NCBI RefSeq assembly: GCF_023055435.1 | Contig: NW_025963924.1 | Coordinates: 744,001 to 808,000, forward strand | Reading direction: 5' to 3' | Length of the DNA stretch: 64,000 nucleotides | DNA from: Haliotis rufescens | Taxonomy: Eukaryota | Notes under the pieces: model-generated | What the model saw: only the letters and a program-made list of their open reading frames with translations | What the model was told of the DNA's origin: nothing | Database searches by the model: none | Position numbers and translations under genes: made by a program | Shown: positions 26,008 through 37,510 of the stretch, piece after piece | Position numbering within the stretch: position 1 is the stretch's first letter | Layout of the letters: every line of letters starts with the position of its first letter

Positions 26008-27431
26008 TTGATCTAAGAAATGGCAAAATCCCTTTCACATGGCAACAATGGTATTTCGCTCTGTAACGTTTACTCGATATTTACTGATACTGTGATCGCA
26101 AGTTCGATTTTTAGATATTAATAAATATGTTTCGAATTTTGTTATATCTAAAAATGATTTGGTGATAAAACAAAAAACAACTAATGCGTGATATTAATAA
26201 TTCCTTCTTTATATTACTAAGTATTTATATCTAAAAATAATTCGGTTTTATTGATGTCTAAAGGTCGAATGTGAGATATCAATGAAATAAATATATTTAT
26301 TGATGTTTATTTAAAAATCGAATTTGTAATAAATTAATTATTGACATCACAAACATAGGGAATAAATAGCAAAACGGCGCCCCAGACACGGCGGGATACA
26401 CGAGAAATCGGCTTCATACATGGCAGCCATGTGGGGAAGTGAACCCGGACGAACTTGACGAACTAACGCACCAGCTGTTTCATCTTGCTGACCCAACGCA
26501 TTTTATGAAAATCACATCATGACATTTACATTTTGTAACATTCAAAAACAATAAGTGGTATTCTTAGGGACCAATTCAAAAGTTTGATGTCAAAAGATCT
26601 AAATTTCTTAAGTTAATGGACCTGCAAGTTTACCATCCGACAAAACGAACTTAGCTGATTTCTCAATGTTTTATACAGTAACTGAGCTAAGCCGATCCTG
26701 CTTTCATTCATAGGCTGCTAGGAGTTGTCATACATCCAGGTTTTCCACCAGGTAGGGTTTATCGTCGCCGGCAATAGTCCACCCAGTGCAGTGCGTAATA
26801 TATGATGACAGATTTGTCCTATAAAAACCCTACAAATGATTGTCAACACCTAGGAAATAAACTTCGTTCGATAAAAGTTCCGAATAAAACAGATCAAAAC
26901 ACGAGAATGCGTGACAAAAAAGGCTAAAAAAGGCACTAAACATGGGAATTTAACATTTTCAGAATAAAGTTCATTTGGTGGTATGTCTCATATCTAAAGA
27001 AATTACGTTTTTTGTAACCGACATGGAACTTTTGAACTATTCCCTAAGATAATGGACAACATTAAGGATCGAAAGACAATCAGGAGAAAATGTCTACAAG
27101 AAGCGGAATCCTGGCATATGTGACATTACCATGGAAACGAAGGACACCCATAGTGGCTATGAAATGGATACTGCAGAAATGCGTTGCTGACTCTGCGCTA
27201 TTCGGCACATCGTGTCCTCGTTATCGAGCAGTACGCAACGCACTGTGTTTCGTCTGGCATTGTTGCTTGTATTCTTTCATATGCATGAAGTGTTCATTTT
27301 TTCGATATTAGGAGTATCAAGAATCTGGAAGCTATTCTGGCACGTGTTGCTACACGCTGACACTCCGTCTCATGTCTTTTGAATTTGTCAGAGACCATAG
27401 TACTATAGAACCTCGCCAATACGACCCTTGG

Positions 27432-27664
27432 GTTTGTTTGTTTGTTGTTTAACGCCGCACTCAGCAATATTCCAGCTATAAGGCGACGTTCTGTTAATAA
27501 TCGAGTCTGGACCAGACAAACCAGTGATTGACATCATGAGCATCGATACTGTATAGTAATTGCGATACGATGACATGCACCCCTGACCATCCAATCCCTT
27601 TCGTTGCCTCTTACGACAAGCACAGGTTGCTGAAGATCAATTGCAACCCGGATCTTCATGGGTA
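27432..27664 (-). mobile_element. SINE family A copy
   Basis: Reverse complement match with internal deletion. Confidence 0.82.
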
Positions 27665-27678
27665 CGGCTCTTTGGTAA

Positions 27679-27953
27679 AGTGAGTGAGTGAGTGAGTTGG
27701 GTTTAAAGCCGCTTTTAACAGTATACCAGTTATATCGCGGTGTGTCAGCTTAATGTGGGAAGAAAGCCCGAAGTGATGCATGTCTCAGACCTTTACCACT
27801 TCGGTGAAACCCACGAGAACTGGTATGGTGCTGACAAACCTAGAAACATAATCGGGGCGAACCAGGATTCGAACCCACAATCATAGGTTTCTGGCGTGCC
27901 CAAGGGACGCAACTCTGCACAGCGAATCGCGAAGCCTCCGACGATTGGGCCAC
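27679..27953 (-). mobile_element. SINE family C copy
   Basis: Reverse complement of 28683-28958. Confidence 0.85.
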
Positions 27954-28152
27954 GCGTCTAAATTCGGACCGAGTGAATGCCTAATGAATGTCTTGTGAAT
28001 GTATACGCCAATATATTGTTTTATGTCGCGTTCAGAAATATTACGTACATCTGTTTCGCATCGGCATGCATGTACAGTATTCAATGAAAACTCAGAAATC
28101 TGTTTAGTCCTGGCGTCCAATGTGGCATATGCATGGTCCTGTGGTGTAAGTC

Positions 28153-28506
28153 GACCGCCTCCGTGGTCTAGTGGTAGTGCTTCCGCCCAGATAGCGGAAG
28201 GTCCGGGGTTCAATCACCGGCCGCGTCATACCAAAAGACGTTAAAAGATGGTACTTGTTGTTACCCTGTCTGGTGCTCGGCATTTAGGGGCTAAAACAAG
28301 GACTGGTCGGCTCGGAGTCAGTATACTGTGTCTGAGTGGGGTATTCATGTTAAACTGCGGCATGGTGTCTCAGTGTGCTAGCACTATAAATCAGCATCAG
28401 TCCGGACTAGTACAAGCACCACACACACACACGCACGGACATGGACGTCGCTATATAAGTGCAATAATCTTGGACGCGACGTTAAACCCCATTTCACCTC
28501 ACCTCA
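28153..28506 (+). mobile_element. SINE family D (tRNA head + GTCATACCAAAAGACGTTAAAAGATGGTAC Meta/MESC-like core)
   Basis: 15-bp TSD cctgtggtgtaagtc 28138-28152 / 28507-28521; domain name from recall. Confidence 0.88.
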
Positions 28507-28682
28507 CCTGTGGTGTAAGTCGCCACCCTAACCATGCACAGTTCTATGTACCAGAATCCGCTGGCCGTGATTTTCAAAGTCAGACTCGAGCCCTGATCAT
28601 GATCATTTGTTTGGCAGCACCATCCTATGGTAGTTGTTGTACTTGGATGATAACCATCTTCATCTTGCGTCAGGGGGAACGG

Positions 28683-28958
28683 GTGGCCCAGCCGTCTTAG
28701 GTGCCGCTATTCGCTGTGCAGAGTTGCGTCCCTTGGGCACGCCAGAAACCTATGATTGTGGGTTCGAATCCCGGTTCGCCCCGATTATGTTTCTACGTTT
28801 GTCAGCACCATCCCCGTGCTCGTGGGTTTCACCGAAGTGGTAAACGTCTGAGACCTGCATCACTTCGGGCTTTTCTCCCGCATTAAGCTGACACGCCGGG
28901 ATATAACTGGAATAGTGTTAAAAGCGGCGTTAAACCAAACTTCATCACTCACGCACTC
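28683..28958 (+). mobile_element. SINE family C (tRNA-Leu/Ser-like head, V-domain-like GTGGGTTTC...TTTCCTCCCACA body)
   Basis: A-box-like tggcccagccgtctt and B-box gggttcgaatccc; other copies 12824-13085(+), ~20910-21180(+), 27679-27953(-), ~32130-32330, 36270-36445, 36470-36681, 62620-62771, ~63030-63170(-), 63219-63395. V-domain assignment from recall. Confidence 0.82.
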
Positions 28959-29319
28959 ATCTTGCGTCACTCAATATGGACTCTGGGATATAGTTCAATG
29001 GATACCATCAACAAGTCAAACTTTTTCTTTTAAATATATGTAAACGGTTTGAGCATGGGCGGCTACAGGGGGGGGGGGGGGGGCACCCCCCCCCCCCCAA
29101 CACACACACACACCCCACACCCCACACCCCACACCCCACACCCCCACACCCCCACACACACCCTTTTATTTCGAAACAAATCTTTATTTCTGTATAAATT
29201 ATCACCAAAGACAATAAATAGATCTTAATTGTGCACCCCCACCCCTCCTTTTCAAAAAAGCTGTATCCACCAATGTTGAGTGTTTGTAAAGTTATTAGAA
29301 CTAGACCTTGGAAAAATAT

Positions 29320-29522
29320 ATTCAAACTTCCCGCCACTTGTCAATTTTGTGCTATTTACGTACCACGTGATCTAGCCGATAAAAAGCAGGAAGTATTTCG
29401 ACATCGACGCGAGCGGCCCGAGAAGATCGTGCGGCTGGTTTGTGTTGCGTTCACTAGACTGATTACACTTCCTCGTTGCGTCGACTCCCCTCAGACACCT
29501 TCCAACGTTCTCCTCTGTAAGT
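29320..29522 (+). promoter_or_regulatory. Putative promoter and non-coding first exon of gelsolin-like 2
   Basis: CpG-rich unique patch with CACGTG E-box and ETS-like CAGGAAGT/CACTTCC, ending in donor ct|gtaagt (29517). The ATG exon at 42444 has an acceptor, so an upstream exon is required. CpG depletion appears to start just downstream. Confidence 0.55.
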
Positions 29523-29758
29523 AGATGTTCAAACTGACAGCGACACGTTTACACTGTAATTTTACTAGGGCAGCTTATGTTTACAAAATGTGTCATGTTT
29601 CACAATCAGGCTTCTGAAACTCTTGTAATGGATGTTAAGAGGAAAACGCCATGCTGGGGCCATTTCTATTGTCTGGAGTAAAGGCCGTTTAAATGTTGGG
29701 CCAGTTAAAACACCATTAAGCAATTAAACTGTTAATCTTGTAACAATATTGAGCTAGG

Positions 29759-29759
<1 letters not shown>

Positions 29760-29801
<42 letters not shown>
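29760..29801. repeat. (TTA)n microsatellite
   Basis: Direct reading. Confidence 0.9.
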
Positions 29802-29802
<1 letters not shown>

Positions 29803-29980
29803 CTGAAATGTTAAGCTTCATGACTTACATGTAGGTAAGCCTTCCATGGTATTGAAACTGAATGTCCACCTACAATTCAATAAGCACTTATGTCTCTTTG
29901 AAGATTGTTTATTCTAACATCAGAATACATTAGTTCATACCATTTGGTCAGTGGTGAGTATGTAATACTCTTTAATTTTT

Positions 29981-30243
29981 GACCCGTGAAGATCCGGGGT
30001 AGAATAGATCTTCAGCAACCGATACTAGCCGTAAAAGGCCACTATGCTTGTCGTAAGAGGCGACTAACGGGATCGGGTGGTCAGGCTCGCTGACTTGGTT
30101 GATGCATGTCATCGATCCCAATTGCGTGGATCGATTTTCATGATATCAATCACTGGATTGTCTGGTCAAGACTCGATTATTTACAGACCGCCATCATATA
30201 GCTGGAATATTGCTGAGTGGGGCGTTAAACAACAAACAACCAC
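29981..30243 (+). mobile_element. SINE family A full-length copy (core TGCTTGTCGTAAGAGGCGACTAA, Nin/Inv-domain-like; (AAAC)n tail)
   Basis: >10 copies in window; TSD ctttaatttt at 29970 and 30244. Domain naming from recall, unverified. Confidence 0.85.
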
Positions 30244-32360
30244 CTTTAATTTTGAGCATTGTTTGGGATTAACTGCAGTTATGTGTAGCATCCATCGTCC
30301 TCATGTTTTAATGCTAATCCCGGAGATCTATCCAGGAAATACTGATGTCACCTTGTCCCTGGTACATGTCTGATGAGGTATATTACAGTTTACATATATT
30401 ATACCAACGATTAACACCTTTATGTGAAAGCTTGTTGGTGGTCCCTTCACAAATACAAGTCTGTGGCAAGACTAAGATTACATACAGGAAGGAAACTGTG
30501 TGATAGAGCTTCATTCTCTATCCTGCTTTTGGGAGGACAGTTCAAAATGTCTGTATGCTACTCAAATTTGAGTAAAGTTATTCCTTTATGCACAGCCACA
30601 ATTATGTTATATAATTTATACCCAATTAAACACGGCCCTTTGGAGTTGTGGCTCAGAATTGGTTTTCATTACCTTATGATTGTCACAAGGGTATCGGAGG
30701 ATCGGAGGATCGGGTGGTCACAATGGCCATCCTGATGCCTTGTGTTGACAGTGTGGGTCATTGATCATGCCACTGGTTTGGACAGGTCCCTACAACTTGA
30801 TTGCTGGCTGTAAACCTCAGGACCCAGTGGTCAGGCTGTGTGGCCTGGCTGATTGTGTTAGTCCTTCAGATATGTTGCTGACTGTCAAATGAGTTGTTTT
30901 GTAACCCATTCTGTATTAACATGATTAAGGAAGCAGTTCAAAAGTTCGATGTCAGATAAAAAACTTCATTTTGAGACATACCCCCACCCACCTCTTCCCC
31001 ACCCTGTGTGTCTGTGTATAATATATACCCATATTTTTTACCCAAATTTGCCTTTTAGGGGCACTTTTAGATTCCTTGATAAATCCCTGCTCTCCTTCCT
31101 GACCCCCCTCTCCCCACCCCCTTCCTGACCCCACTCTCCCCACCCCCTTCCCTACGATAAACATATCCTGTTGACAGTCTTTGTCTGAGAGTCTGGGTCA
31201 TGAAGCTCTAGTGATGTAGTTATCAATGACATTGAGTCACCATACATAATTGTCAAGGGAGCAATTAGGCTGTACATGCATGTATGGTCATAGCTGTGTC
31301 GGTGGTGAATATTGTACTGCTAATAACTCATATCATTACTGCAGTGATTATGAGAAAGTTCAGGTGACGGTTCCATGTGCCTAATATCTGCAGGGCATTG
31401 TTCAACGCTATATTTTAGAACTTATTTTAGCACTTGTTTAATTAAGCCTTTTAAGGAAACATGTTTTCAGCAACATTGTCCTTTTTTATCAGCATATTGC
31501 ACAACACTTTTGAATAAAGAGGAGCATTTAACTTCCTTAGGCTAAACAAACTGGACAGGTATTAACTGACGCATGCATCACAGCTCTGAAATTGTGAATG
31601 TTATCAGTGTCAGGAACCCGAGTAGTAACATTCCTAATCACAATGCATTCACAATGACTCAAGTCATGACTAAACGCTTGATCAGGATGTACCTTCAACA
31701 GGAAGTATAGTGGAGACTAAGAAGGGCTTAAGTTTTCTTTTCATATAGTTTTTATATAGAACACACAAGAATTAGTGTCCTTCTCACAATGCAAACTTAT
31801 TTCTGTTTTGTAGGGTTACTAAGTTGTGACAATCCTGACTTCTAGTGTACTTTTTAGAAAAAGGCATTATTATTATTGCTGGAATCATGTGAAGAGCAGT
31901 ACTGTGTACATCGACATTCACTCAGTGTCAATACAAAATTTGGTGGTTTTGTTTTACAAAACTAAAATAGCACCCCGTTTCCAGGCGTTACTAAACAAAA
32001 GTAATAAATATATCATTACTGTAGAAAAACATTATTCATCAAACCATCATGATCAGGCAAACAAAATAATGGAAATGAGAGACAAAAACAATGTGCAACA
32101 CTGGTTTATTTGTAAGACATCAATTTGTTGAGCAGTTGTCCCTTGGATGTGTCATGATCCTATGATTGTGTTTTCGAATCCTAGAGTCGCCCTGATTCTG
32201 ATTCTTGGTTTGTCAGCGCCATACCCATGCTCATGGGTTAAAGTGGTAAATGTAAGACCTGCATCAGGTTGGGCTTTCCTCCTACATTAGCAGTCATGCC
32301 ATGATATAACTGGAATACTGTTACCCAACTAACATACACTGTATGATAGTTTTCTTTGGA

Positions 32361-34850
32361 AGATGACTAGAACTCTACAGATGACAAGTACACTACAGAT
32401 CACGAGTGCTCTACATGTCACGAGTACACTACAGATGACGAGTACGCTACAGATGACAAGTACACTACAGATGACGAGTACACTACAGATGACGAGTACA
32501 CTACAGATGACAAGTACACTACAGATGAGGAGTACACTACAGATCATGAGTGCCCTACAAGTCACAAGTACGCTACAGATGACGAGTACACTACAGATGA
32601 CGAGTACGCTACAGATCACGAGTGCCCTACACGTCGCAAGTACACTACAGATGACGAGTACGCTACAGATGACGAGTACACTACAGATGACGAGTACGCT
32701 ACAGATAAGTACACTACAGATCACGAGTGCTCTACAGATGACAAGTACACTACAGATCACGAGTACGCTACAGATGACAAGTACACTACAGATGACGAGT
32801 ACACTACAGATAACAAGTACACTACAGATGACCAGTACACTACAGATGACGAGTACACTACAGATTACAAGTACTCTACAGATGACAAGTACACTACAGA
32901 TCACGAGTGCCCTACACGTCACGAGTACACTACAGATGAGGAGTACGCTACAGATGACGAGTACACTACAGATCACGAGTGCTCTACATGTCACGAGTAC
33001 ACTACAGATGAGGAGTAAGCTACAGATGACGAGTACACTACAGATGACGAGTACGCTACAGATGACGAGTACGCTACAGATGACAAGTACACTACAGATG
33101 ACAAGTACACTACAGATGAGGAGTACGCTACAGATGACAAGTACACTACAGATTACGAGTACGCTACAGATGACGAGTATGCTACAGATGACAAGTACAC
33201 TACAGATGACAAGTACACTACAGATGACAAGTACACTACAGATCACGAGTGCCCTACACGTCACAAGTACACTACAGATGACAAGTACACTACAGATCAA
33301 GAGTGCTCTACATGTCACGAGTACACTACAGATGAGGAGTACGCTACAGATGACGAGTACACTACAGATGAGGAGTACGCTACAGATGACGAGTACGCTA
33401 CAGATGACAAGTACACTACAGATGACAAGTACACTACAGATGACAAGTACACTACAGATCACGAGTGCCCTACACGTCACAAGTACACTACAGATGAGTA
33501 CGCTACAGATGACAAGTCGATACAGATGACGAGTACACTACAGATGACGAGTACGCTACAGATGACGAGTACGCCACAGATGACAAGTACACTACAGATC
33601 ACAAGTGCCCTACACGTCACAAGTACACTACAGATGAGGAGTATGCTACAGATGACGCGTACGCTACTGATGACGAGTACGCTACAGATGACGAGTACGC
33701 TACAGATGACGAGTACGCTACAGATGACAAGTACACTACAGATCACGAGTGCCCTACACGTCACAAGTACACTACAGATGACGAGTATGCTACAGATGAC
33801 AAGTACACTACAGATGACGAGTACACTACAGATGACGAGTACACTACAGATGACGAGTACTCTACAGGTGATGAGTACACTACAGATGGCGAGTACACTA
33901 CAGATGGCGAGTACGCTACAGATGGCGAGTATGCTACAGATGGCGAGTACACTACAGATGACGAGTACACTACAGATGACGAGTACTCTACAGGTGATGA
34001 GTACACTACAGATGGCGAGTACACTACAGATGGCGAGTACACTACAGATGACAAGTACACTACAGATCACAAATAGACTACAGATGGCGAGTACACTACA
34101 GATGAAGAGTACACTACAGATGACGAGTACACTACAGATGACGAGTACACTACAGATGACGAGTACACTACAGATGGCGAGTACACTACAGATGACGAGT
34201 ACTCTACAGGTGACGAGTACACTACAGATGGCGAGTACACTACAGATGACGAGTACACTACAGATGACGAGTTCACTACAGATGGCAAGTACACTACAGA
34301 TGACGAGTACACTACAGATGACGAGAACTCTACTGATGAAGAGTACACTACTGATGACGAGTGCCCTACAGATGACAAGTACACTACAGATGACGAGTGC
34401 ACTACAGATGACGAGTACACTCCAGATGACGAGAACTCTACTGATGACAAGTAAACTACAGATGAATAGTACACTACAGATGACGAGTACACTACAGATG
34501 ACGAGTGCCCTACAGATGACGAGTACACTACAGATGACGAGAACTCTGATGACGAGTACACTACAGATGAATAGTAAACTACAGATGACAAGTACACTAC
34601 AGATGACGAGTGCCCTACAGATGACGAGTGCCCTACAGATGACGAGTACACTACAGATGTTGAGAACTCTGATGACGAGTACACTACTATGACGAGTACA
34701 CTGCAGATGGCGAGTACACTACAGATGACGAGTACACTACAGATGACGAGTGCCCTACAGATGACAAGTACACTACAGATGACGAGTGTGCACTATAGAT
34801 GACACATATACTGAAGATGACGGGTGTGCACTAAAAATGACAGGTACACT
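32361..34850. repeat. Minisatellite, 18-bp unit CTACAGATGACGAGTACA (~135 copies)
   Basis: Direct reading. Confidence 0.97.
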
Positions 34851-36269
34851 ACCGATGTGAGAAGAACATTCTACACCAGACCTCCTCTGCTAAATGGCAT
34901 GATAATGTGACCCAGAAAGGCAGGCCAAGTTTATCTGAAGCTGGCAGATTAGGGTTACAGAGTTTCCAGTGTTTATAGTACTTGACAAACATTGATAGAC
35001 TCTGGTAGAAGCGCTGCTGCTGTAGTTTCCTGAACATGCAGAAGGAACTCTTCAAGGAAGGAAAGAGTACTTAGTTCTACTGGGGCATTCAGTGTGAGCA
35101 AGATAGATATAGTCCTCAGTACAACAGAGTAATGTAAACTGAAGTCCTGTCTGTTGTCTATAGTGGGTTAGGATGGGTACAGAAGACATTTGTATATTGC
35201 AAAGAATGCTTGTTTGGAAGCTGATTAGTGTTTTTTTTATGTTTTCTGGCAATGTTTTAGCTATATGGTGCAGGTGTGTGTTCAGTTAAGGGGTCTGGAG
35301 CAGGAGCAGTTTCCGGGTTTTTCATCCTATGCGCATAGAAATTGAGATTGGCTTCAATAATCGTAATTGTTTGTCCCTTGGGATGCAGAAAAATATGCCC
35401 ATTTTTATCATGAAAACCAAATTTGTTGTAGCCATAACAACATTAACATAGATGTTACTCTCGATTTTCTTCACCCAATCACTAAGTTTTGTTTGAACAA
35501 AGAAAGTCCTCCTTAAGGCTTCGCATATTTGTAGTTAACAGTTGTCTCCCCTTGGGAATCCCAAAAAGGGCGACTGAGTGTCCAGGAATTACATATAGGA
35601 AGGCCTAGACTAATTAGTTGGATGATGTTTCTAGCATCATGTTGGGTACAATCCTTCACCAGCACAGCCAGACTGGAGTGACCTTCATGCACTGTTATTG
35701 GGCTTTTTAGTAGCTTCCAGTTTTGAGATTTGATTAACATTTTTCACCTTAGGTCAGTCAGCCATTACCTCCACAGTGATTCTTTGGCAATATAGCTGAA
35801 CGAGTGCTTTTGGAAGAGCTGACTAGAATGTGTATCTGTTGGTCACAATGGCTGGTGATGAACAACATCCATTAGCATTGATGATCTGGGTGATGGTGAG
35901 TCATGAACACTATAGACTACTAGTAGTGTTGATCATTAATCACACTGTTTCATCAGAGGCAGTGGAATTTGTGTGCCATGACCCTTGAAGGCAAGTTTTT
36001 AGGGAAAAGCTTTTAAGTTTTTAAATTGCGGAGGTATTTAAACAAAATATTCTCAACATTCCGTTATGTAAACCTAAGTATTCAAGCCTCCTCATCACTG
36101 TCATGTCTCTTGGCCCCCATTATCAATGTAGAACAAGGCTGTTACATAAGATCAATTATATTAACATAAATTAGGAATGTCTTAACGGTAATTCCCCAGA
36201 TGACATTTTACAGTTGCTTCAGACTTGGAGCTGAATAAATCCCTCTTACAGAAGGGTGTGATTGATTGT

Positions 36270-36681
36270 GACTTCAAATCCTGATTTTCTAGGTTTGTCA
36301 GCACCAAACCCGTGCTCGGGGAGGGGGTGTCACAAAGTGATATATGTCTGAGACACGCATCACTTCGGGCCTTCCTCCCACATTAAGCTGACATGGCGTG
36401 GTAGAACTGGAATACTGGTAAAAGCGGTGTTAAAACCCAAATCACATACCATATTTTCTTTAGTATAGTGCGCCAGAAACCTATAGATCGTGGGTTCGAA
36501 CCGTGGTTCGCCACGATTATGTTTCTAGGTTTGTCAGCACCATATCCGTGCTCGTGGGTTTCACCGAAGTGGTAAACGTCTAAGACCTGCATCACTTCAG
36601 GCTTTCCTCCCACATTAGGCTGACATGCTGCGATATAACTGGAATACTGTTAAAAGCGGCCTTAAACCCAACTTACTCACT
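36270..36681 (+). mobile_element. Two adjacent 5'-truncated SINE family C copies
   Basis: Matches to 3' part of family C; second copy flanked by ctttagtatagtgc duplication. Confidence 0.8.
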
Positions 36682-36875
36682 TTAGTATAGTGCACACTTT
36701 TTTCCAAAAAAACACAGCTGTGTGGGTGTGTGCATTATACACACCATAATGAGTTTTCATTTTTCCGTTGCTCGTGAGCACGTCACACCGGAAATACCAT
36801 GTCTACAAATCTGTATTGGAGTATGCAATGTAATCTTGTAATTACACTGTCTGGTTATAAAAAGTGTTCATTGTA

Positions 36876-37510
36876 TACTCAACAACAAAAGTTCCTGTGA
36901 CACCAATATTTTAGTGTATTTTTCAAACAAGTAAAGTTTGGTTTCCAATATTGTAGTACGTGTATGGAATCAAGTCACAAAAACGCAACTGCTACAGAAA
37001 AGCATGCATTCCATCCAAAAGTTGACTTTTATGCAAGCCCCATGCATTTCACTACCCAAGAATGGGTATAAAAACATGTGCATTAACGGGATTCCATATG
37101 CATTGTTTATCATCGTGTTGACAACAACCACTCAGAAAAACAACAAAGTTACGCAATTATTCAACATTACGAAATGCCACGCCTGTCCGAAAATGAGCGT
37201 CTGCGATCCATTGGTATGCTTGAAGCAGGATCGAGTAAACGTGATGTTGTAAGACAATTTGATGTCCACAGAAACACCATTTGGTGTTTATGGCAACCCA
37301 CCAGACTTTGTGCGACGCCTGGTCCATTTTGTCGTGTTCATGTTTTTTATGAAATCACACATTTTCTGAAGTCAGATTGGCAAATTAAACCATTTTAACA
37401 CTTACAGGAGTCTTTTATCTGTTGCAAACCGAAATTGTTTCAGATTAGGTAAAAAACATAACTTTGCATTAAATCTTATTCAATGTCAAAGGAACTTTTG
37501 TTGTTCAATA
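36876..37510 (+). mobile_element. Internally deleted Tc1-like transposon with transposase N-terminal HTH remnant
   Basis: TIRs tactcaacaacaaaagttcctgtgaca / tgtcaaaggaacttttgttgttcaata; ORF from 37174 MPRLSENERLRSIGMLEAGSSKRDVVRQFDVHRNTI resembles the Tc1 paired-like HTH. Confidence 0.8.

Noticed and set aside
28153-28225. tRNA-like sequences (also near 9600, 16790, 40495, 43000)
   Set aside because: A/B boxes continue into SINE bodies, with TSDs in several copies; not tRNA genes
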